Source: Tubulanus polymorphus (taxonomy: Eukaryota > Animalia > Nemertea). Taken from it: 64,000 nt of DNA. Made by a program: the position numbers and the translations under genes. Under the pieces are notes generated by a model, which was not told the DNA's origin, searched no databases, and worked only from the letters and a program-made list of their open reading frames with translations. Below are positions 1 to 11,381 of the stretch, piece after piece. The stretch spans positions 14,038,850 to 14,102,849 of the forward strand of contig NC_134029.1 of assembly GCF_964204645.1 (NCBI RefSeq). Direction: 5' to 3'. Each line of letters opens with the position of its first letter. Position 1 is the first letter of the stretch.

Positions 1-650
1 TATCATAGGGCGCTCAATTTTGGACGTCGTTAAGATGTATGTGCTTTTTGGCGAAAATCTGAACACAAAAATATTGGTTTTAAAAAGCCAATCAGAAAGC
101 AAAGACTCTGCTGGAACTACTAATTCAATCAAATTTTGTTCTGCAATATAAATATCAAATCCAATTAACTTTTACTTTATTGAACAAATAAAACATCAAA
201 TCCAATTTAATTTGGTTTTATTGAACATATTTAAAAATCCAATTTGATTCTATTCCGCATTCAAATCAATAAAACCAAGGGAAAAGATTGATCTATTTGT
301 TCTTGCCAGCTCCCTGTCTGTGCTACTTATGAAAACAAGGTTTTACTGTGTAAATTATAGGTAGGACTGTCTAAGCGGGGACATGTCTGAGTGGGGGAGT
401 GTATTTTGACAATGTAACCCAATGAATGCATCATTTGCCATTTATGTAAAGCCGACTGGCTGGCCATAGTGCCCCTCGGAGCTCTTGTTTTTATTACCTT
501 CATGACGTAATCATGAAGGTTATAAGATGGTAGCGAGTCGGTGACGTCATTTTCGTGTCGCCACTTATAACTTGTTGGTGGGAGTTCAGAAGAAGATTTG
601 TCAAACAAGTAAATACTTAAATCTTATTAATGCAGAGTGTGAAATATTGT

Positions 651-1766
651 TTTTAGCCCACTTGGGACTTTAGTCCCAGCGGGCTCTTGCGTTCACTTTT
701 CGTCCGTCCGTCCGTCGGTCGCCTTCCGTAGACGGAATCCAGTTATTTTGAAGAGTTTTGAAGACGCTTCTAGGTAATGTCTTGATATTTGCTTTATACA
801 TGTATCTTCCCTAGACACATCTTCAGCCCAAAAAGTGGCCCTGTCAGAATCAAGACGGCCGACTGGCACTCATTGTTGTTCGTCAAAATCACCACTTTTT
901 ACACTTTTTGAACTTTTTGAGGGAAATTTTGAAGACGCTTAAATCAATTACCTTGATCTTTCGTATATATTTGAATCCCCTAAGGGCCCATCACCATCAG
1001 AAAAATTGGGTCGATCGAAATCAAGATAGCCGTCCTATGACCTTTTTAGTGCCCAAAAATGTCAATTTTGGCCCAAATTCAGGGTCCTGTAGCTTCCTAC
1101 TGGTTTGCCATTTCTCATTGCAATTTGTGAAGGCTATTCTTTGGAAAGGGATGTTTTATACCTGAGCCAGGTATTTTTGATCGGCCAATTATGACGCAAT
1201 TGGCGGCCATCTTGGTATCATCAGTACTCATTCGTAGGTGGGAAAAAGTTTTTCCACATTATATTGATACATAAGCATATTTTATTACCACAATCAATTG
1301 CAAAGTTGTAGCTCATGACATGTCTATGATTGTGGTGAGTTTTAAGGACATTAGTTATTCTATATGGTCACCAGGGGGCGTTGAATAGTAGAATAACTTA
1401 GTATTTCCGTATTAGATTGGTACCAAGGCATATTTTGTTACCATGATCAATTGCAAAGTGGTAGTTTATGACATGTTCTATGATTGTGGTGAGTTTCAAG
1501 GTCATTGGGTTTTGCATATGGTCACCGGGGGACATTGAATAGTAGAATTACTTAGTATTTCCATATCGAATTGGTAACGAAGCATATTTTGTTATCACGA
1601 TCAATTACAAAATCGTAGCTGCTGACATGTTCTATGATTGAAGTGAGTTTCAAGGTCATTGGTTTTTGTATATGGTCACCAGGGGGCATTGAATATTGAT
1701 ATTGTTAGATTGTTGAGCATTGGAAACCACTTCCCAAGTGGGCATGGTGTCCCTGGACCCCTAGTT
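651..1766 (+). mobile_element. Helentron/HINE (DINE-1-like) non-autonomous element, family A, full-length
   Basis: 5' hairpin agcccacttgggactttagtcccagcgggct (655-685); (cgtc)n microsatellite; ~153-bp internal tandem repeats (~1270-1700); subterminal inverted repeat gcccacttggga (656-667)/tcccaagtgggc (1732-1743); 3' stem-loop ggtgtccctggacccc then tagtt; T-rich flanks with no TSD; several more copies in the window. Confidence 0.8.
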
Positions 1767-2253
1767 TAAAATATTTCCCTAAATTATTTGAAAATGCCGA
1801 TAGTAAGACCGTGGGAAAGTTTTTATCGTTGAATTGGCGAATCACGGCGGCAGAGTGCACCTGTGATAAGGCGGAAATGGCTCCATGTGAAGGCAAAGCT
1901 TTTAAATGATTAGACAGTCGGAGGTGGTTTATCAACTTATTTCAATTATAGTGCTGCTATTTTCCCAATCAAATTGCTAGATTTCGATTGTCTCTCATAA
2001 GTCAACACTTGTAATTCAAGTGTGATTTTGATGTGTGTAGAGCTAGATGCATCGTGATTAGCGTATTGAATGGCGCCGCCATGTTTAAGCTGTGCGTCGA
2101 TCGTTGAATAGTGGAAGTATGGGGTTGAATTATCTTGATTGTATCCATACAAAGTTTATTAAAGGTTAGTGTCAACAAATGGTCCATTACAGTCCCTCTA
2201 ATTTATGTGGAGAGACGCTCTTAACTGGCAAAACGTAGTCTGTTTCGTGTTAT

Positions 2254-3285
2254 CTTTAGTCCCAGCGGGCTATTGCGTTCACTTTTCGTCCGTCGTCCGT
2301 CCGTCCGTAGACGGAATCCAGTTATTTTGGTATGTTTTGAAGACGCTTCAAGGTAATGTCTTGATATTTGGTTTATACATGTATCTACCCTAGACACATC
2401 TTCAGCCCAAAACCTGCCCCTGCAAGATTCAAGATGGCCGACTGGCAGCCATTGTTGTTCGCCAAAATAAGCACTTTTTACACATTTTCGAAGTTTTCGA
2501 GGGAAATTTTGAAGACGCTTTGATCAATTACCTTGATCTTTAGTTTGTATTTGAATCTACCAAGGGCCCATCAGCATAATAAAAATTGGGTCGATCTGAC
2601 TCAAGATGGCCATCCTATGACCTTTTTAGTGCCTAAAAATGTCAATTTTGGCCAGTTTCTAGGTCCTGTAGCTTCCTACTGGTTTGCTATTTCTCATTGC
2701 AATTTGTGATGGGTATTCTTTGGAAAGGGATGTTTTATTCCTGGGACAAGTATTTTTGATCAGCCAATTATGACGCAATTGGCATATTTTGTTACTTTAC
2801 AAAGTTGTAGTTCATGACAACGTCTATGATTGTGGTGAGTTTCTAAGGACATTAGTTATTCCATATAATCACCAGGGGGCGTTGAATAGTAGAATAGCTT
2901 AGTATTTCCTTATTAGATTGGTACCTAGGCATATTTTGTTACCATGATCAATTGCAAAGTTGTGTTTCATGACATGTACTTCGATTGTGGTGAGTTTTAA
3001 GGTCATTGGGTTTTGCATATGGTCACCAGGGGGCGTTGAATAGTAGAATAACTTAGTATTTCCATATTAAATTGGTATTTCCATATTAAATTGCTAACGA
3101 GGCATATTTTGTTATCACAATCGATTACAAAATCATAGCTGCTGACATGTTCTATGATTGTGGTGGGTTTCAAGGTCATTGGTTTTGTATATGGTCACTA
3201 GGGGGCGTTATGTATTGAAATTGTCAGATTGTTGAGCATTTAAAACCATTTCCATAGTGGCCATGGTGTCCCTGGACTCCTAGTT
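2254..3285 (+). mobile_element. HINE family A copy, slightly 5'-truncated
   Basis: Colinear with 651-1766 from ctttagtcccagcgggc to ggtgtccctggactcctagtt. Confidence 0.8.
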
Positions 3286-3357
3286 ATAGTAATTAAAGAA
3301 TGCAAAATTAATTTCTTGACCACTAAACCAATAAATAGGTTATAATTGATAAAAAAT

Positions 3358-3585
3358 AAGAATATAGCTGCAAGCAGCGATAATGGGTCTATGACATCAC
3401 CAACGGCACTGCGTCACTTTGTGATGTACAAGGAAGGGACTTCCAATTTGTAATGTATGTGCTGTATAAACTGACTTTAGACCCTTTAATATCGACAACA
3501 ACAATTTATCACCGACGCTGACATTTTCTGACGCTAACTAGTATGACCCGCCTTATGGACTGGACCAATTCAATTAGCAAAAATA
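3358..3585 (-). mobile_element. HINE-like family D, internally deleted copy
   Basis: Joins both ends of the 37720-38533 copy (aatatagctgcaagcagcgataa ... ctatgaca...gacccgcctt); the minus-strand 3' end has the hairpin gctgcttgcagc followed by tatatt. Confidence 0.7.
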
Positions 3586-4156
3586 TATTTCGTAATTTGT
3601 TTTTCTTTATGGTGCACAAAGTTGAAAGCCGTGGGCTTCACATTTTTTGGGAAATTAAAAAAGTGTCAGAAATTTGATTTATTTGGGCACGTTTTTTCAT
3701 GCAGCATCTTTAACTGTCCAAAACTTACTTTATCTTGGCTTCCTCCTCTGTTCCATTCATAATTCCTTCCTCAGAAATACGTTCAGGATATGTCATTTTT
3801 CAGAATATACAACAAGATGAATATCGTTGTTTCGAAAATCTTTCTGAGCTATTTCACAATGATACATTCATGGATACAAACTGAAAGAGGATAGCATTCA
3901 TCATATTTAGAACAAATTATACCATTATAATTATATTGACAGAGTTTGGTACCCTACATCTGCCATATTATAGTGTGCAACTTTTAAGTCATTACTTTTT
4001 AAAGAAAAATATTTCACCAAAAGAACATCGGACGGAAATGGTACACGATGTAATGAAGTATGCCATATTCAATTATTGACAAAATCAATAGTATACCATC
4101 AATGACTGGGTCCATCCCAATCAGTTACCCTTTTCTTTTTATTTATTCTTTTTTAG

Positions 4157-7056
4157 CCAAAAGACAAGAACCTAATGTTATTTCAGGTTTTGAAGAAGAT
4201 ATATCATCTCAATGTGTTCCAGGTACCATTGGCTCAAGCTCACCTCAAGTAAGTAATTCACTTCATATCCATCGTCAGTGTGAGTCTGTACGTATAAGTA
4301 ACCAAGGCAACCAAATTAATGGTTGTCGACAGATAGATGTGACTGACACAAAAAAATCATTGATCAAAGATATTAACGCTTGCAATAAGAATAATACAGC
4401 TGACATCAAGCAGGAATTTTTTGAACTGATGGATCCAAGAGTGCCTGATGAAGTACTTCTATCACCGAAAATGGAAGATGGGGATGATGATTCCTGTAAT
4501 TTTGAAGTCATTACTGTTGAGGAAATGGAATATGAGGAAAATTCGAAAGTAGTACCAGAGCCAATTGCTGGTGATGAAATTTTGGGGACTTCTCATGAAG
4601 TGCTGTTCGAAAAAGCTGACTACGACGAAAAGAGTGGTTTCGTCCAATTGAATAATTTGCAGAAATCCCAGTATGATGCTGATGTTTCTGGTGATGCTGC
4701 GCTGAGATCAGAAATCGCTACTTTAGCATTTGGAAAAAAGTATAAAAAGAGAAGAGAAACTGTACCAGTGACATCAGATTCAGGCGATCCTTATTTGGCT
4801 GATTCAGAAGGTGGTTATGAAAGTCCGGGTGAGATGCTGTGTCAGTCTGAACGCGATACAGTCACACAGCCAGCTTCAAGGGAGTTACATAACGATGGTC
4901 AAACTGGTAGTAAAGTGCACTTTCATGATGAAATTCAAACATTTACTTATCCTACATCAAAGATTCAAAATATTGAGCCTCCTATGATATCACCTGCTAT
5001 ATCAAGTAGATTTGCAGAAGGTTATTGTGATTTCAATTCACTTCTGAAAAAGAAAAACAATGAAACTGATGATCCTAAAACTGATTCATTTAAAACTGGA
5101 GAGGAAACATATTTCTGTGATAGAAAGTCTCCAGATAAGCCTGTGCACATGATTTTAAAAGATAAGCCAGAAAAATCTGAAGTTAGTAATTTTGAAGAGG
5201 AAAATTTATTTCCTGTTAGGCCTACTGCTTCTCAACTTTTAGACAAAGTTTTGCAGATAGATTGCACATTGAGATTGAATCAATATGATAAACTATCTTA
5301 TTCTGAAGTGAAAGGTATAAAACAGGTAGAGCCTGAAAAAAATTCAGAGAATTTGGATGTTACGAGAAAGGCGTCGGTATTATTAGGCAAGGTTTTGGCG
5401 AGAGATATGAAAGAAAAGAAGAAACTTAAACAGAAAGATTTATTCGATGAACCAGTATCAGCAATGCCATCTGCTTTGAATGAAAAAGTTGAACACAGAG
5501 GAAAGAGTTCATTAAATGACTATATAATGAGATTCGATTCAGGTGGAACTGCTGTAGGTGAAAATTGTGGTTATTCAGCAGATATATACTCACTGCTCAC
5601 TGAGGCTGTTCCATCCTCATACAGATTATTGCCTCCATCTGAACAAGATGCACCAGATTCTGAACATATACCTGATGATGCCAGTTCTGATGTAGCAGGA
5701 TTAACTTTATCAGGATTCTTAGAGCATATATTGCATAATGAAAAACAAGATGCTCTTAATGCAAGAATAAGAGAAATTATTGGTAGTCCTCTATTTCCTC
5801 AGATCAGTTCTGCATTCAATGAGTATTTAGTTTCAGAATATTATACTAAAAGGCGTAACAGTGAGCCGGTGGTCTCTCTTAGAGTGAGTAAGAGTAACAA
5901 TGAGGATTCTATTTTGTTTTATTCATGTGAACCACTAGTCAAACTGCCCGAGATGAAAATAGAACCTCAAGATTCAACTGATCCAATGGTATTACAGCAG
6001 TTTCCTGAGAAGGAAATGACAGTTGAATCTGTTCAAATACAATCTTCATCCATACTCACAGACATGCTATCAAGTATCAACAATTTGAAAATTGAAGATA
6101 ATTCAAAAAAAGATAATTTGATGCTTCATGTTGTTGATTCATATTTGAAATACAACAAGCCTGAATCTAAGGAAGAAAAGGAAGATCTAACAAAACTAAC
6201 CACATGCGAGACAGCTGCCCAGTGTGATAGTATTTACCTTCATTCAGCTTCTGAATCGTTCGATACTAGTACTAATACTGATAGTTTAACTATGAATCTA
6301 GATGAATCCACATCTATTGTTCCAGTGATGAATGATACCCAGAGTAGTACTAGTTCATTAGTTCGTACAATGTCACAAGGTACATCTGCTTTGTCATTAC
6401 CTTGTACTCGGAACATCATGGTTGGTACTGATTCTCAGTTCACCGGTGATGCAACTGAAATAAATCCAGTTGAAAATCAACATATGCTCACAAAAACAGA
6501 TCCCAGAGTTGATGAAGTTCTGACGATAAGGAAGTATAATCATCAAGACAGAAATGAAACAGTTTGGGATTTTGGATTGTCAACCAATAATTCAGATACT
6601 AAAAATGGACACAATATTGAGAACAAAGCAACTTATATTGTGCTGAAATCTGATGACAAAACTTGTGATACTATATTCAAATCTTTTGATACAATGAATG
6701 TTGCCAACCCAGAACAATCTGATGAAAACATTAGTAAATGCCAGAATAAGCTATCACCTGAAGAAACTCAAATGAAGTCCAGTTATCACAAAAGTGGGAA
6801 TCAACAAAATACAAGTATTGAAGTCACCGGAACAGACATAATGTGCAAAATTGGAACCAGTAATAATGAGACTATATTTGTTGATATCAGTGGTGACAAT
6901 CATATGACATCAGTATGTGATTGCTTGATTAGAAATTCACATGTAATGTGTGAATGCCAGCTGAACACAGAATCTGAGTTGACTATATCTGCACCCGTCC
7001 AATCTGCAATTATTGATAAACTAACACATTCATTGCATGATGAAAACGTATGTGAG
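4157..7056 (+). CDS. Large internal coding exon of host gene (~966 aa, acidic Ser/Asp/Glu-rich, likely disordered)
   Basis: 3-kb stop-free ORF (4060-7068) with host-like codon usage; polypyrimidine tract + AG acceptor at 4155-4156; phase-0 donors at 7047|gtatgt and 7056|gtatgg match the phase-0 start of the next exon; no TE domains. Confidence 0.8.
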
Positions 7057-7093
7057 GTATGGTTTTAGTTGATGTGAGGTATGGTTTTAGTTG
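7050..7093 (+). repeat. Exact 22-bp tandem duplication spanning the exon donor site
   Basis: atgtgaggtatggttttagttg x2. Confidence 0.9.
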
Positions 7094-7589
7094 AGTTGGA
7101 TTTAAATGCATTGAAATTGATTATACTTTTGAAATTATGTTTCTTTTCTTGGTTGCAAATTATCGCATGATTGACAAATCGTATTCCTTTAAATATACAT
7201 CACCAGAACCACACTTCCTGCCACTCAGCTGACCCATGGCTACATTTTTTTGACAGGCCCTCTGGGGGTGGGGCAGTCTTGAATTTCTTGTTGGCTGCCT
7301 ACAATTCTTGATGGATTTTCACAAAACTTAGTTTGAGGTTTGGGAAGGTGAGATGTAATCGATGATCAATTAAAAGGTATATGCCAATATTCTGAATAGA
7401 ATATTGTTTAAAGTTTATTGTCAAATATGATTTTTTCACAAATATGAAATATGCCACTGGTGCGAATTTTATTTTAGCCATTACTGTAAATTTCAGCACC
7501 TGCTCACTGATATTGTTAGCAACTTACGTCACCTCTGACAGACGCTCACAGTTTCCAGTCCTTTCATTATACATTATATTTTCAGGTTG

Positions 7590-8505
7590 TTGGTTTACCT
7601 TTGTCAGCTATATGAAGTTGGCATTGAGCCAATTCATGTAAAATCGTGTTAGGTTTTTTTCATGTGAGCATTTGTTTCATTGGTTCTCGGCTTAAACGAC
7701 GTATAATCGATGTGATTGAAGACATGGCAAACCTCCGTCGATGACATAGACAACTTTGTTAAAATTCTACGAAAAACTGTTTTTGGCGAGAAAATTCTTA
7801 GCTCTTGCGTAAAAAACTGCAATGACCTCGATTGGGGGGTGTCCTCTCTACAAACTTATGTGATGGCTGTTTTTGGGATATACGGGGAATTCCGGCGCTA
7901 CTAATATGATTATGGGATAGCCATAGAACGGCGAAAGTTTAATTGAACTAGGTGCCGAATATGTGCGAATTTCAAATGCTCATTGCTGGTGAGAATGTAA
8001 TTATTTTACATATTCGCCTAAGGTATTGTTTCATTTTAATACCCGGTGAATTTTTTGATTGACATTGTAGTATAAGCGAACATTCACTTACACTAGGCCC
8101 CCACGTGGGCGCGTAGTGCTAATCATCTGACTGTTGCACACACAAACACACAAGCTCGTACAGTATACACTACTATATGATACTGTATGCTGCTTGGCGC
8201 GTGCACGTTTGACACGAAAATAGGCTTTATAATCATAGCAGAAGATGAGCGCTGTGTTCTCTGTTTGATAGAATTTGTAATGAATTGTTATTTCTTATGA
8301 CCTGAAAATACTAAGCAGTAAACTATAGGTATAGGTCGAGGTCTGAATATTGTACCAGGATTTAAAACGATCTAATACGCCGATTTATTACTGTACCGGT
8401 ATTTTAGCTTCCGCGGTCATACATTGGAAATATTCAGCCACCCTCTGATATGTGACATCATATGAATTTTATTTGAATATTTTTTGATATTGTGAAAAAC
8501 ATTTT
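7590..8505 (+). mobile_element. HINE-like family B copy (3' part missing)
   Basis: Starts tggtttacctttgtcagc; colinear with the full copies at 23949-24997 and 31120-32874. Confidence 0.8.
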
Positions 8506-9515
8506 TATGTCCCCGGCTCAACTTTAGTTGAGAGGGGCATATAGATTTACCACTGTCTGAGTACGCCGCCGCCGCCGCCGCAAGTGACGTTGACAGCCTA
8601 GAGGCCGCAATTGTTGACCGAATGTTTTTAAACTTGGTACACAAGTAGGTTATCACTACTGTGGCCAGAACCCCATTTAAAATTGAGCCAATTCAATTCA
8701 AATTATGGCCACCAGAGGGCCGACGTGAAAAACGACGTTAACAGCCTAGAGGCCGCAATTGTCGACCGATTCATTTCTAACCTGGTACACAAGTAGGATA
8801 TAATTTTGGCCAAAACCCTGTTTAAAATGGCGTCGATATGATTTAAATTATGGCCACCAGGGGCCAACATGAAAAATGACGTTAACAGCCTAGAGGCCAC
8901 AATTGTCGAGCGATTCATTTCTAACCTGGTACACAAGTAGGATATCATTTTGGCCAGAACCCTCTTTAAAATTGGTTCAATTGGATTCAAATTATGACTA
9001 CCAGGGGGCCGACATGTAAAACGAAGTTAACAGCCTAAAGGCCGCAATTGTTGACCGAATCATTTCTAACCTGGTACACAAGTAGGATATCATTTTGGCC
9101 AGAACCCTCTTTAAAATTGGTTCAATTGGATTCAAATTATTGCCACCAGGGGGCCGACATGTAAAACGACGTTAACAGCCTAGAGGCCGCAATTGCAAAC
9201 CGCTTTATTTCAAACTTGGTACGCAAGTAGGATATCACTTGGGCCAGAATCCCATTTGATATTGGGTTGATTCGATTCAAATTTTTGCCACCAGGGGCCG
9301 ACATGAGCATAGAGCAACAGCATAAAGGCTGCAATTGGTGACCGATTCATTTCAAACTTGGTACACAAGTAGAATATCTCTTCGGCCAAAGCCGTATTTA
9401 AAATTGGTTTGATTCAATTCAAATTATTGCCACCAGGGGCCGACATGAAGAACGACGTTAACAGCCTATAATGTTTACTAATCCTGGCTAGAAATAGGTG
9501 TAGCCACATCCTTGT
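8502..9515 (+). mobile_element. HINE-like family F with ~6 x ~145-bp internal tandem array
   Basis: 5' hairpin atgtccccggctcaactttagttgagaggggcat; (gcc)n microsatellite; acagcctagaggccgcaattg recurs every 142-148 bp (8590-9470). Confidence 0.7.
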
Positions 9516-9750
9516 TTTAGCCCACTTCTGACTTAAGTCACTTTCGTCCATTTGTTTCTCAGTCTGTAGACAGAATCCAGTTATTTTGGGAAGTTTTGAA
9601 AGCGCTTCAATAATGTCTTTGTATTGGGTTTATGCAGCTATCTACCCTAGACTTATCGACAGCCCAAAAGCTTGCCTGATTAGATTCAAAATGCATGACT
9701 GGTAGCCATTGTTTTTCGCTATGATCAGCACTTTCTACACATTTAGCATT
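9515..9750 (+). mobile_element. Diverged 5' fragment of HINE family A
   Basis: ttttagcccactt...gaatccagttattttgggaagttttgaa matches the family A 5' region. Confidence 0.65.
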
Positions 9751-11050
9751 TGTTGACGTCTATGACGTCATGCCAATGCTAGTAAAATGGATCGAAAGTC
9801 GTAGTCGAAAAAAGCGCTGACTCTTCTAATTTTCATAGTAACTTCAAATTGTAAATCTGTTTCCGTAAAACATTAGACATAGCTAAATATGACTCAAAAT
9901 AATGTTTCAATTATTCCCTACAAGATAGCGTTGGCGGATTTCTGATTAATTAGCCCAAACGTTATTCTATCGCATTTTTCTCATTAGTTATGTGGTAGAT
10001 GAGAGTAGGGTTAAGCAATCGCGTAGTGATATGTCCGCATTGATAGTGGCAGTAAAGAATGGGGAATGGCCTCTTTTGAATAGAAAAACATACATTTATT
10101 TGACCCCAGTATCATAGTCTTTAAAGATAACTGTTATTCCTCTTATCAGAAGCAATGAGATTAATTGGGATTAATTCTCAGCGGCAGAATACATGCGGTA
10201 CAGCCTAGAAGAAACTTAACTCCTTTTTCGTTCGCGTTTAGTTTTATATCGTTCAAACCGTTTTCTGTAATTTGTTTTCGTTTAGTTGCGACCACGTTCG
10301 ACTCGCCCTAGGGATGAATATCCATTTCAGAATTACGCGTTTCCCTGCACACTTATGGGTGCAATGAAACTTCAAACGCTCTTATTAGGCGTTTATAATG
10401 TATTTTATGCGTGTATTTTACCATGTAGTCAGCCAAATGCAAGAAGTTGCACACAAAACAAAGGGAGCTGCTATTAAGACGTTCGTGCATTCGATGTGCG
10501 TGCGCCAGTCGTGTTGAACTTGAACCGCAGTAGTAACTAGTTTGATTCACGTTTCTATTTCGTTTTTTCAAAAACGCAAAACGAAAACTCTACGATCTCC
10601 GATGAACGCCGGACACGTTATGAGTTATGTTACTTCTAGACTGTACTGTATTTCTAGAGCAGTGGAATGGTTGACCTACTCCTGACTGAAACCCGTATAG
10701 GTAAGCTATGTTATCGCGCAGAAACGCCTTTACTATACTTATAACCATTTCATGGTGACACGAAACATCATGCGGTAAACAGTACCACCCATCCATGATA
10801 CGATATCACCAATAAAGATTATTTTATTCAATTTGAGTTGTTCATTGGAGGAAAATATCATTGTTAAGTACGCCAAGAATAACCATGTTGTCTCATCAAT
10901 CAGTTGACTGACAATTTGTTGTAAAATTCCAGCGGTTTGGCTATAGTCTAAGATAAGTTTTCACTTTAAGATGCCCTGCCCTCCTCCTGCGCACTCACGA
11001 GGTGATAGCAGCCCCTTACACACTCTGCAGATAGATTAACTTTGTAATGC

Positions 11051-11381
11051 TGTAGAGGTCCTTCTCAGCATGACCGATGTCCTCCGATGACAGCGACAGA
11101 CAAAGAACAACTACAACACACGATGACCAGACATCGTACCAACTTTATTATCGAAAGCGTCGACCACGCACGCCATGTACCCGGAAGTACTCAACATCAA
11201 TACAATTTTATTACAATTGACCTATTACAACGATAGATGGCGCTTGTATGTAATCAAGCCCACTACAATGCGCGCCGGGAAAAATAGCTTATCATTTCCA
11301 TGTGTTGAACACCACAACAGTGATTAAATTTACACGTTGTTTGTCATAAATTGCAATATCGCGATGGTTATTTGCCGCTAC
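11051..11381 (-). repeat. 3' LTR of Gypsy element
   Basis: Same as 16036-16366 except two CpG-type transitions seen by eye; minus-strand AATAAA present. Confidence 0.95.

Noticed and set aside
3804-3884. Possible small exon (tttcag|NIQQDEYRCFENL...*)
   Set aside because: Ends in a stop with no compatible donor; cannot be linked to the gene model from sequence alone.
4060-4156. ATG at 4060 as the start of a single-exon 1002-aa gene
   Set aside because: The first 32 codons include a polypyrimidine tract and AG (YPFLFIYSFL) and the ORF ends just past GT donors, so it is better read as an internal exon.
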